Made by a program: the position numbers and the translations under genes. A stretch of 64,000 nt of DNA from Squalus acanthias (taxonomy: Eukaryota), in the NCBI GenBank assembly GCA_030390025.1, contig CM059432.1:100876001-100940000 (forward strand), read 5' to 3'. Positions 40,296-51,905 of this stretch are shown here, one piece after another. Below the pieces are notes generated by a model. That model saw nothing but the letters and a program-made list of their open reading frames with translations, did not search any database and was not told where the DNA came from. Position 1 is the first letter of the stretch; every line of letters begins with the position of its first letter.

Positions 40296-41294
40296 ACGGT
40301 TTAAACAGCTTTAAAAAAGGCAACACATACAAAAAGAGGAAGAATGTTGAATTAATCAGAATCCTATTTTTTTTTCAAATGCTATTAATACCAACCCTTA
40401 AGCAAAGAAATGTAATTAAAAAGATAAATTTAAGCATTAGATAAATAGGAACTGAAATGTACCAAAATATTTTGCAAATAAAACGTATGCTGCATGTAAA
40501 TACAACACAAATATTAATTAGAGAAATTGCTAATTATTTACTGTATTAACTTTGTGCAGATGCTGAAATCAACTAGTTGAGCTTTATAATTGTAATTTAT
40601 TTACTGGAAAAATAAACTGCAAAAGCAGAAAACCAAATTTCAAATCAAACTCATTTAAATGTAAATTCAACTGCACATCAAAATGTATATTCTTCTTAAC
40701 TGCGTACAGTGTAAAGACATTCACATTTCAGTCGATCAATAGAATTTCTGTAACTCGTCAGTTGAAATCACAATGTGCTGAAATCCCGGGAAAAAAACTT
40801 GCAAATGATAAGAATAACTGAAAAACAAATAATGCGAGTTACTGATGTGAAAAGCCAAATCATTCTGTATTGTACCTTTAAAGGCAAGTGTTTAAATATT
40901 TTCCACTTACTTTGGTCCTATTAACAATGTAATGCTTCGTGATTGGGAAAGCAACATTCAGGGAGGTAGTGAGAGCAATTACAGGAGAAAAGAGGGATTA
41001 TAATTCCTACAAGGGGGTGTGAGTTGATAACATGGAAAGTGAGAACTAGTGAGGAAAAACACAGAGTGGTAAAAGTCTGCACAGGAGTGTCAGGAAGGCA
41101 TATAGGTGTGGCGGGACAGCATAAAAACATAAAATAAATCTCAAAACCAGCTTTGGTTAATGGGTCTGAGTCGGTTTAGCTTCTTGTTAAGGAATGATTA
41201 TGATGTACTATCAAATAGGTTGGATTTGGTGAGGTAGAGCTTGGTGGGCCTTCAGGGTGCGCAGTTCAGGATATATGTCCAATTTAGGAAATAT

Positions 41295-41960
41295 CCTGTC
41301 GGCCTACAGTGCTTCAGTAGAGATTCACACATGATACCAGGAATTGGTAAAGGTGCATTACAGCCCCAGATCAAAAAGGTGAAAGACAGCCACCAAAGAG
41401 GACAGAGGCTAACTGACTTTGTGAAGGAGGGCCAGCAACTGAAGAATAGCAGAAAGAAAGAAAAATAAGGTGGATTGTTGTGAATTGTAGATGATTAGAG
41501 AAAGACAGCAGAACTTGGGGATAAGCGAATTTTCTCTTGAAGATAATTAGCTCAACAAGTTAAAAATCATGAACTGGTGACTCCATGGGAGAGAAGGGTA
41601 CATGAAAGAAAGCTGCTGAAATATGTAGAGACAGTGGCTGAGGGCAGAGATGCAAGATGGAAAGGTAAGGTTCATGCCGTGGAGGTGGGTTATCGGGGGT
41701 TGTGGGAGAATGAATGGAAAGTTCTTAAAAGGGCTGGGGAGTATATCAAAGGCCGGCAATGTGATAAAGAAGATTGAAAATGTAATAGGAAAACCATTGC
41801 TAATTATCACATGGGAAACACTCTGAGGCAAGGATGACTGTGCAGTGACTGATGTGGATAGCAGCTAACACACCAACGAGGTAGCTACTTAGGTGGAGCA
41901 GGATTGTATTTAAGACTAAAACTGCTGTGATGCCTGGCAACACCTGACAACCTGCATGAT
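41295..41960 (+). mobile_element. Hero/R2-group non-LTR retrotransposon C-terminal remnant (restriction-like endonuclease)
   Basis: ELVTPWE...HERKLLKY...W....AVEVGYRG (41571-41700) matches the recalled ELTVPWE..ERK..KY..VEVGCRG RLE motif; upstream FVKEG. Confidence 0.7.
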
Positions 41961-42860
41961 GAGGGCAGCAGCAGTTTGCCTGATGCAGAACTGTGATTCT
42001 GCCATGAAAAATTGCATGTTATTCACTTTTCTTATCCAATTTGAACAGTGCTGTATTATCAGTCAATACTGTTTTCTTGGTTAACTAGGATCAGCTGTTG
42101 TTTTCCAGTTATTGGTATGGCTATATTTTCATAAGGGATCCAATTTCCAAAAACAGCTTATAGCTCTATTTTGATTTATTGAAGACTATGCTCAAATTGA
42201 CTCGGGATAAACTTTCAATCCATATCACGGTAATCAAATGTTTGGACTGTAGGACTTATCTATAGGTCAAGTTTTAAAAATAAAATATCACTTGGCAGAT
42301 TCAAGTGGAATGCTGTATGAATGATGTAGACTACTAGCAAATTATTTCACAGGCAGAGAAGCTTATAATACAGGATAACTCATCCCAAGTTGAAAGAATG
42401 GAAACACAGTTCCCAACTGCTTGAAATGGATATGGAGCAAAGAAAAATATTCCTTCAAAAACTATTTAGAAAAAAATAAGCACCCAAAACAAAGATTTTT
42501 ACTGTTTTATACTGCAGAGTGTGCACTTTCAATGAAGAGTGAATAACCCCAAAGCTATGATCACTGCATTGAATCACTGGATAATCTAATCTAAGAGTAT
42601 TCAGGAATAGTTGATGAATTATGATCAGCTTAACAACAGCATCAACATAGTAAAACATCCCAAGGCACTTCGCAGGAGCATTATTAAAAAAAATCCAAGT
42701 GATATTTATTTAACAGCTTCAAAATAGCGCATGATTTTGGCATCGCGTAAGGTAAAAAAAAATGTATCCTGTGAATTTCAAATACAAAATAATATAATAT
42801 TCTCCCAAGCTTTAAGGTTCAGGTATGTCTTGTGGGGAAATGGCCTAATGATGACACCAT

Positions 42861-45527
42861 GGGCTAAAAAATGTAAAAATGGCCACAAAACGGGCGGTGT
42901 CATGGCCCAACAATATTAAGCTGTACCAGGTCAAAATGGTCGAAGTAGCACGCAAAATTCGTGCTCAGTCCTCATTAACATGATTATAGTACTGATCTCA
43001 GTGTGAAAACTGCTGCTCATTGGCTTACCACTCAACAGGTGGACCAATATCGGGTCCAATCTAATTCCCAGTCAGGTTTGGCACAGGCTTTATTCATTAC
43101 TTAAAGGGGAGGCGCATTGATGCTACAGGCCCTCATTGTCAATCCAGTTCCAACTTCACCTGGAAGCAGATGGCTGAGCTTCAGTACAGGGAGAGAGCCC
43201 AAAGATTCTCAGACGCAGCTCCGGAGGCACTGGTGGTGGCTGTAGAGAGGAAGCGGGCTGTCCTCTTCCCACAGACTGGCAGGAAGCCCTCGCCCCATAC
43301 ATCTCGAAGGCCCTGGCAGGAGATAGCCGACTATGTGACGGCCAGCACTGCGGTCCCTAGCTTGGCGATCCAGTGCCACAAGAAGTTTAGGTCAAGGTGA
43401 GTGAATGCTTCATAAAATGCCATATCCCACCATCTGCACCACAAGCCTCACAGTGCTCAATGCACCACCCCCAGCTACCAACAATCTCTACCTATCATGA
43501 CACATATCTCACAATCATAGCTTCACTTCACCCTCACAACCTTGCCACTGCTGCAAAACTCACACCCACATCTCACATCTTGCACACACTGACAGCTATT
43601 CAACTATGGCAGGCACATCACCCAAACACATTGCACCACACTCACTCACACACTTCCCTTTCTCTTGCAGCCCAAGGTCACTTATAACAGGAGGGAACAG
43701 CAGCAGACAGGCAGTGTGGGGGGCAAGCTGCCATGCAGGACCTCAGCCAGCTGGAGGAGCAAGTGCTGGAGATCACTGGGCGGCAGATCATCGAGGCCAT
43801 GGCAACCGGCGAAGTTGAAGCCCTTGGGGACAGCAACAGTATGCTCATTCCTAATCCTTCTTCTCACATCCCACTTCCCCCTCATCACACAATCTCTTCT
43901 CACTTTCAAGCTGCTGATGCTGTATGCATGCATATCTTGCTTAGCCCACCCCCCACTCCCCTCACCATAACCTGACTCTTGTGCCTTTCTTCTTTCAGAT
44001 AATCAAGACCAAGCACCAGATCAGCCTGTCCCTCGTAGCGATGCAGGAGAGCAAGGGGGGAGAAGAAGGCGGCACAGCATCACTGCATCTGTCACTCACA
44101 GGCACCAACTCAGAAACTGGCACTGCACGTACTTTAGAGGTTAGTGTAGAATTGGGATCTACACAGGGTGAGGCACCGGGGACGAGTGGGCTGCAGCAAG
44201 GCCGGGGGAAACGGTAGCTCGGGGCCCAGCTCCCCGGAGGTGAGTTCGCGCGCGGGTTCTGCTGGACAGGACTTAGATGATGACCTCGATGGGGCGGCCT
44301 TCAGAAGAAGGGAGATGGGCATGCACCCCAAATTGCTAGGTGCAATGGCAAGCCTGCCAGCGAGTCTGTTGGCAATGTCAAGGAGCATGGAGGAGTCCGC
44401 CTCCAACATTGTATGGGACTTTGTGCAGAGCTTGGAGTCCAGGTTTTCCAGGCTGGAAATGATGGAAAACTCCAGAAGAGACCGTGTAGTCCCAGACATG
44501 ATGATGTGTGTGATGGGCGATGTTGCGGCTGTCATTACAGCACAGGTGGAAGCAACCCAATGACTTAGTGCTGCAGCGAAATCCCAGACTGCTCTCATGC
44601 AGTGTCAGTTTGATGCCACCGAAGCTCAGACTGCCTCCATCATGGCTGGGTTTATCACTGTCGACCGGGGCTTGAAGGGTGTCGCAGCAGCCCAGCAATC
44701 TGTGCTCCAACAGTTTGCTAGGAATGCTGAGGCGCCGCCCCGGGGGAGTGGCAGTGGGTCAGTGGAGCAAGAACCTGCTGTCCTCTCTCAGGATGACAGC
44801 ATTCCTGTTCCCATCACTGCCACTCCGCCATTGCCCTTGCCGCTGCCTGTCAGCCAGCCCAGACTGCTGCCGCCCATGCCGAGGTGGTACAGTCAACAGC
44901 CGGGCCTTCGAGGGCCAGAGCTGCTCGAGGTCAACCTGCAAGGCCATCTGAAGTCTCCCCCAAGGAAACTCAGCAGCCTTCCACCAGCCATTCTGGAGCC
45001 ACTGGGGGAGCACTTTGTAGGAGCACTAGATCAGGAAAGGGCACCTGAACGACAGGCACTAAGGGATTGCACAAGGATGATTAGTTCATAGTGTAATGTT
45101 GATTGGATTATGATTCATTTATTAATTTTGTTTGGAATCTTTCATGGTGGCTCTCAGATCAGCTTTGTGCCCAGGAGGACGCTGTGATATTCCATGACAG
45201 AGGGATGATATGATAAGGATGTGGCGAGCAACGGGGATCTGAGGTTTCATTCATTGGAATTGGTGTCTGGTGAGGCGTTCACGGACAGCCCATCTGGAAG
45301 GGGAATTGGCTGCCTGCCTCCTCCCTTCCTCCTCGTCCTCTTGCTCATCTTCCTCTTCCTCATGATTTGAGTTGTGAAGCATGCAGCAGACCACCACAAA
45401 ATGGGACACCCGTTCGGCTGAGTACGGGAGGGCTCCTTCCAAGCAGTCAAGGCAGCGTAGATGCGTACTTTACTTGCGGTTCAGCGGCATTCACCCGCGG
45501 GAAGCCTCCGACCGCAATTTCCAGCCC
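42861..45527. mobile_element. Harbinger transposon with complete three-exon Myb/SANT pseudogene and transposase C-terminus
   Basis: Left 280 bp homologous to the left end of the 10374 element; transposase tail on - at 45250-45455 (GALPYSAERVSHFVVVCCMLHN). The right terminus aatttccagccc may belong to another element. Confidence 0.85.
43170..45091 (+). pseudogene. Harbinger Myb/SANT protein gene, exons 43170-43396, 43671-43838, 43999-~45091
   Basis: MAELQYRERAQRFSDAAPEALVVAVERKRAVLFP...WQEIADYV...QCHKKF; GT-AG introns; several stops and frameshifts. Confidence 0.85.
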
Positions 45528-45565
45528 AATATATATATAATATGCAATATATATATACATATACA

Positions 45566-46316
45566 GGACTGGACTTTCCACTAGGGTTGCGCTATTTTTT
45601 TCAGCACAATTTGCCCGAAATCGGCTAAACCAGCGCAAAGATCACGGAAGTTCAAACGCAAATTACATCCAGCGCAAATCGAATTTCTGCGATCTTTTGC
45701 GCTAGTTTAAAACACATCGTGCTAGAAGCTAGCTCTGCCCACAAAACTGGCCATGCCCCCAGGGTGAATTAATCACCACTGGGAGTTTCTGCTAATTGCG
45801 TTCGTTTGCAGGACTTCGATGAGGCTCTTAAAATTAAGCTGGTTCTTTTGGGCGCAAGGACGATAATAGGCACATTTTGAAAGCTTTTGAATATAATTTT
45901 TCTTTAATTTACTAAGAAACTGACTACTGTACACCAATGTAACTAGCTAATGGTTCTGTATAGTTTTTTTAAATTCATTCTCAGTTATTTAAAATCGGGT
46001 TACTCAGTTGGTGGAGTAGACACTCTGATTAAAAGTGCTTATTTTTTGTGATAAACCCACTTTCAGCTGTATTAATCAAACTGCACCGAGTTATCACTCT
46101 TAAATATATCGAGGAATTTTTTTTTTAAACCAAAAGCATTTTTTTTTTTTATTACATTCTAAAACACTTCCCGATTGCACTTGTTCATGGCAAATTTTAT
46201 GTTCAGCGACATGCAAACAAGCTTGAGCAGAAACTTGTAAAAAAAAATATACTTCTCAAAATGGGCACAATTTGTGCCCGGATCACCGATTGCACCCAAA
46301 GCAGAAACTCTATCCC
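45566..46316. mobile_element. Harbinger-type MITE
   Basis: Imperfect termini ggactggactttc / gaaactctatccc, flanks aca/ata; repeated gcgcaa/ttgcgc subterminal motifs; AT-rich core. Confidence 0.55.
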
Positions 46317-46889
46317 ATAATATATAATATCTATAATATATACTAATCGGCACTGTTAATAAATAATCTCAAGGAATAATGATTGCCATGTCATAATGAG
46401 AGGTTGACTGAGAAACAATGTACAGTTGAGTGCTCCTAATTTGTTTGACTTCCAAATGTTACAATGGGGTAAATTATCAATTTGAGGTGCAATAATGCTG
46501 ATATAATCCACATAGAGTTAAATGTGTGTGGTTGAGTTACGTTCTTATGTTAACCAAATTTAATTAGCAGAAATAAATGTTGTTATGCAATTCATCTGTA
46601 CACAACAGGAAAATAGTCCAACACAGTCACATTGTCACTTCAGGTTAGCAAGTCCTGAACATAAAAGTGCACTTGATACTATGTTCAGTTAGTGCAGGGG
46701 AGTGTGAGAGACATGCTGCAAGGTATGATTTATTTTGCATTAATTGTTGGGTTATAGTGCAAATCTTGTTTCTGCAGTTTATTTGACCAAGGAACATTAG
46801 CTACAGAACACATCTGCAGACTTTTACTGCATTTCTTGAAACTGATTGGTGTACTTTGCACTTCACATCATTGTAACCCTTTAGTAAAT

Positions 46890-47717
46890 GACCTATAAAT
46901 CCGCTAATGCCTGAAAACGGGTGATGCCACCACAGGGCGAGGTCTGTAAAAAGATCACAGGCAGCGCCATTATTTTGGTGCTGCCTGCTGATTATCATTA
47001 TTATAGAGTCATAAATCATAGAGTCATAACGGCACAGAAGGAGGCCATTCCGCCCATCGAGTTGTGGCGTTCAACCCAGCACTGAATGCGCTGAATACCC
47101 AGCAAAGACTCTGGGGGAGGGCCTGGAGGTCGGGGCCAGGATCGGGGGAAGGTCGGGGCCAGGATCGGGGGGGCCTGAAGGTCGGGGCCAGTATAGGGGG
47201 GAGATCAGGACTCGGGCCAGCAGTGGGGGGAGGTCGGGACTCGGGGCCAGCATCGGGGGGACCTGGAGATCGGGGCCAGCATGGAACCAGCATCAGCGGG
47301 AGGTCGGGGCCAGCATCGGGAGTACCTGGAGGTCGAGGCCAGCATTGGGGGTGGGGGTAATATCGGTGAGGGCCTGGAGGTCAGAGTTGGGAGTGAGGTC
47401 GGAGATGATAATGGTAAGTATTTACCTTTTTTTCATTCAGCGCTGTTTAACGTTTGTTTTCCTGGGAGTAAACATCGCTAGTGCTGGCTGCCTCAGACGC
47501 AAGCCAAATTTGTAAGAGGTAGCAGAAGTAGGCGTTAGGCCCCTTATTTGAATATGTTAATAGTCTAACGCCTGCTTCAGACGAAGGTAAACAACGTCTC
47601 TTTTCTTGCCCTCACCAACACCAGCCCGCGCCGGAAGTGGGCAGAAGTGAGGCAGATGCCATTTTTTCCACAAAACCAGCCTTAACAGCCGGCGCTAAGC
47701 TGCTGAATTTCAGGCCC
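46890..47717. mobile_element. Harbinger-type non-autonomous element containing a CR1 tail (47003-47065) and a GC-rich minisatellite
   Basis: Right ~100 bp homologous to 30670-30772; terminus gaatttcaggccc; left boundary approximate. Confidence 0.6.
47112..47405 (+). repeat. G-rich degenerate minisatellite
   Basis: Repeated units like ggaggtcggggccagcatcggggg. Confidence 0.85.
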
Positions 47718-48317
47718 ATGACTCTTAACAGCCCACCATCTCGTTCTGAAGGGCAATTAGGGATGGGCAATAAATGCTAGCCTTGCCAACGATGATCACA
47801 ACAAAGAATTAGGCAAGTTGTGTGCATAAGGTAATTTAAAAAGACTTTTGAAGTATCTTTGTTTAAAGGTGTGGCCCCTTTAAAAGTCAGTTATTGTATG
47901 GTAAGATTGAAGAGATTTGTAGAGTTGAATTTTCCTTTATTGATTATTAAGGGTGATTAAGTCCTGATATCATTAACACATGCAATTGAAATGGCTTTAA
48001 AATTACTATTTCTGGAAATGAAAATGTCTATTATATTTTCTTGTAATGCTACATATATACGGCCCATAGGGGCTGGGTTACAATACCTTCCACATTTTCC
48101 TTTCTTTTAAGTTTTGGTCATTGGTTTTTGATGCAAGACATTTTTTGCCTCTGCACTTGGCATGGCAATTCACATTGGCTTATCCAGAATATTAGTACTC
48201 AGTTCAGATTATGATTTCTACAATATGTGCAAGAGTTAATGTCATTCAAACACATCAATGAAAATGCTGTCCTAAACATACTATGCACATACTTGTTATG
48301 CAGGATGCTTTTCATCA

Positions 48318-48488
<171 letters not shown>

Positions 48489-49531
48489 TTACTAATGTTC
48501 AATTTCCAAAGTGCCATTTTCTTTAAAGTAAGATTTGTTGAACCTAAAACAATCCAACATTACAGTATATTAGTTCTAAACCTATCAGTACCTAATTGCA
48601 ACAAAGGATAATGCTAATGAACTATATATTCATGACATGTCAATGAAATTTCTGTAGTATTACAGTGCAGCAGAATACTCTCAGGTTGTGACTCTGTTTA
48701 TGTACAGAGTGATCCAGAGATTGAGATGAGGTTGTAACCATAATAATGAAGATCAAGCTGTTTATCAATATCAAACAAATGTCAAAATTCGTGATATGCT
48801 TTTAATATCCTGTATATTGTTTCCCAGTGTTGTCCCTTATCCCTCCTCTCTTGAAAGCAGTGTAATTTAGATTACAATATATTTCCTACGCATCAGCTGC
48901 TCTCTAGCACCTCACTCAAACAATCAATCTTTATATGTAATGTTAGTAGATATTTTACCATGGTGGGGTTTGGAGGGGTGGGCCAGGGGTGGGGGTGGTA
49001 ATTGCTGCTAATTCCGATCCTACCCTCATCAGAAATCCACATATGCACTTTCTGGCAAGACTTACTGGATAGAAATGGTAATGAAAACACTGATTTTTCC
49101 CTTTCCAGGTCAAGGTTCAGAAGGCAACAATTGCATCCCCACTGCCAACCTGGCTGAGATCAGCTCATCCAGCAGATACTCTACACCAAATAGTGCATTA
49201 CCCACTGAGCCATTGAAACCAGCAGCACAATTTTGTTTCTCATATAATATATGTAAGCCTTACTGTTCTAGGACTTGGTCCTGCATTTGGAATTTGTGCA
49301 AGATAAGGAATCAGCCAGCAATTTTTATGTTTACAATTGTTTTCCTTTTTTTCCCCGTGCTGTCATTCTATTCCCCTTGGATAATAAGTATCCAAGAGTA
49401 ATAAGAAAACAAGGGTTGAAAGAAATTGTTGTACAATAGCAAAATACTGCGGATGCTGGAAATCTGAAATAACAACAGAAAATGCTGGAAGCACTCAGCA
49501 GGCCAGGCAGCATCCATGGAGAGAGAAACAG

Positions 49532-49568
49532 AGTTAATGTTTCAGGTCTGGGACCCTTCTTCAGAACT
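49532..49568 (-). ncRNA. Minimal type I hammerhead ribozyme-like motif (decayed) in the Penelope arm
   Basis: agtt-CTGAAGA-agggtc cca gacct-GAAAC-ATT-aact: stem I agtt/aact, core boxes and stem II are present; the expected G after GAAAC appears as A. Confidence 0.6.
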
Positions 49569-50274
49569 GGAAAAGGCTAGAGATGTAACAGATTTTAAGC
49601 AGGTGCAGAGGCAGGGGGATGGGAGGATCTGAAGGAACAGTCTGTGCTAGAGTAGGAGGCAGGAAAGATTAAATGTTGCAAATGGGAATGGCAGAATCAT
49701 ACAGCCTGAAAAATGGGGGCAGGGATTATAGTCTGAAATTGTTGAACTCATTGTTGAGTCCAGAAGGCTGTAAAGTGGAGACCGAAACAGCGATTTATTT
49801 GTACTTCTTGCAATTTAGTATACTGTATTCGCTGCTCACGATGCGGTCTCCTCTACATTGGGGAGACCAAACGCTTTGCGGAACACCTCTGTTCAGTCCG
49901 TAAGGGTGACCGGTCGCCTGTCACTTTAATTCTCCGCTTCACTCCCACTCTGATCTCTGTCCTCCGCCTCTTACACTGTTCCAATGAAGCTCAACGTAAG
50001 CTCGAGGAACGGCACCTCATCTTTCGATTAGGCAATTTACAGCCTTCTGGACTCAACAATGAGTTCAACAATTTCAGACTATAACCCCTGCCCCCATTTT
50101 TCAGGCTGTATGATTCTGCCATCCCCATTTGCAACATTTAATCAATCCTGCCTCCTACTCTAGCACAGTCTGTTCCTTCAGATCCTCCCATCCCCCTGCC
50201 TCTGCACCTGCTTAAAATCTGTTACATCTCTAGCCTTTTCCAGTTCTGAAGAAGGGTCCCAGACCTGAAACAAT

Positions 50275-51018
50275 GGCCCAGAAATTGGACTTCGATGGTT
50301 GCCGCGGGGGTAAGGATCCCCCGCGATATCGCACTCCGCGCCTGCCTTTATGGTTTTGGCCCACACGAACTTCAGTTCCTGGGCCTCTCCCTGGTGCCGG
50401 CGCGCAGTGTGTGCGTGTCCCAGAGGCGCAGTTAGTTCGATGCGACCTCTGGGATCACGTGGGCCAGTTAGAGCCAATGGCAGCACACCATCTTTCATTC
50501 ATAGTTTTGACAAGAGACCTGTCAAAACTATGAATACAACTTGCCCCCAAAAGAACAGCTAAACCTCAATTAAATTTAAAAAAAACCATCACATTAATAA
50601 AATAACTATAGTTAAATAAATTAACCACTTTAAACAAAAATTTAAATTTTTGAAAAATTTTTAATTCTTTTTAAAAGTTATAAAAATAAACTTACCTTTC
50701 TTTAAAGTCTGTAAAAAAGATAAAACTGTTGAAAAAAATTTAAAATACTTAATTAACTACTTACCTTGTTAAAAGGGGGTCTTACGCCTGCTTTTTTCAT
50801 GTGTAAAATATCCAATACTTACCCTCGCGTTGAAACCTGAAAAAAAAACTAAGTGTGCTGCGTGCGCACACGGTTCACTTAGGAACCGCCCCCTTCGCAA
50901 TATCGGAAGTGCCGGTTTCCCGCGCATGCGCAGTACATGCAGGAAACCGGCACTTCGGGACCGAATACGGGTGAGTACACAGTGCGTACTCTCCCGTATT
51001 CGGCCGAATTTGTGGGCC
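50275..51018. mobile_element. Harbinger-type MITE, hairpin-rich family, copy 2
   Basis: TIR ggcccagaaatt / aatttgtgggcc (11/12 match); flanks AAT/ATT; the empty site is reconstructed from the other Penelope arm (gaaacATTaact). Confidence 0.9.
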
Positions 51019-51384
51019 ATTAACTCTATTTCTCTCTCCACAGATGCTGCCTGGCCTGCAGAGTGCTTCCAGCATTTTCTGTTGTTATTTTTGATAGAAA
51101 TTGTGTTTTTAGGTATCACTCTTTTACTCCAATGCAGTAACAGCAGATTATTTATGACACTCTCAGAAAATAATTTACGGAATTTCAGATGTCTTTATTT
51201 TAGGTTTACATGGACTACACAAAAAATCCACTGGCCAGTACATGTTACTGAACTTTAAAAAAAAAACTTTTTATACTTCACACAGTGGCACAAAATAAAA
51301 TAGACGACTTAATTTAACAAACCGTTACTGGTAACAATTAATAAACAACACTATTCTTTGACTTTGTGAAAGAAACTAATATTT

Positions 51385-51905
51385 TTTAAATGCCTTTCAC
51401 AACCTCAGGGTGTCCCAGAGCGCCTCACAGTCGATGAGGTACTTTTGAAGTGTAGTCACTGTTGTAATGTAAGAAAACATGGCAGACAATTTGTGGACAG
51501 CAAGGTCTCACAAACAGCAATGAGATAAATGAACACATCATCTGTTTTAGGGATGTTGGTTGAGACATAAATTTGGCTAGGACACTGGGAGAACTCCTTT
51601 GCTCTTCCCTGAATAGTGCCATGGAATTTGTTGCGTCCACCTGAGAGGGAAGATGGGACCCCAGTTTAGCGTCTCATCTGAAAGGTAGCAGCGCCGACAA
51701 TACATCACTCCCTCAGTACTGCACTGAAGTGCAATACGCTGACTTCTCCATTTACTACATAGGCGTAAAAGAGTGATACCTTAAAACACAAAAAAAACCT
51801 GTCAACCCTCGTTTTCTTATTACATAATTATTATCCAAGAGGAGTAGATTATGTGCTCAAGTCTCTGGAGTGGAGCTTGAACTGACAACCTTCTGGTTCT
51901 GAGAT
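51385..51905 (-). mobile_element. Deu-domain SINE with ~110-bp internal insertion (51732-51844)
   Basis: Reverse-complement match to 22570-22933 and to the head at 27385-27520. Confidence 0.85.

Larger units (their letters stand above)
49440..51090 (+). mobile_element. Penelope-like element fragment: GIY-YIG C-terminus flanked by inverted terminal arms, right arm split by a MITE
   Basis: 49784-50090 reads KQRFICTSCNLVYCIRCSRCGLLYIGETKR..FAEHL..VACHFNS..EERHLIFRLG.LQPSGLN. Arms 49537-49774 and 50035-50272 are near-perfect inverted copies; the right arm continues at 51019-51090. Confidence 0.92.

Noticed and set aside
46159..46353. ORF containing GDPGT as the next CSMD3 Sushi exon
   Set aside because: No Sushi Cys/Trp pattern or splice sites, and it lies in a MITE; coincidental.
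47112..47405. CRISPR-like array
   Set aside because: Degenerate tandem units without unique spacers, eukaryotic context and no cas genes.
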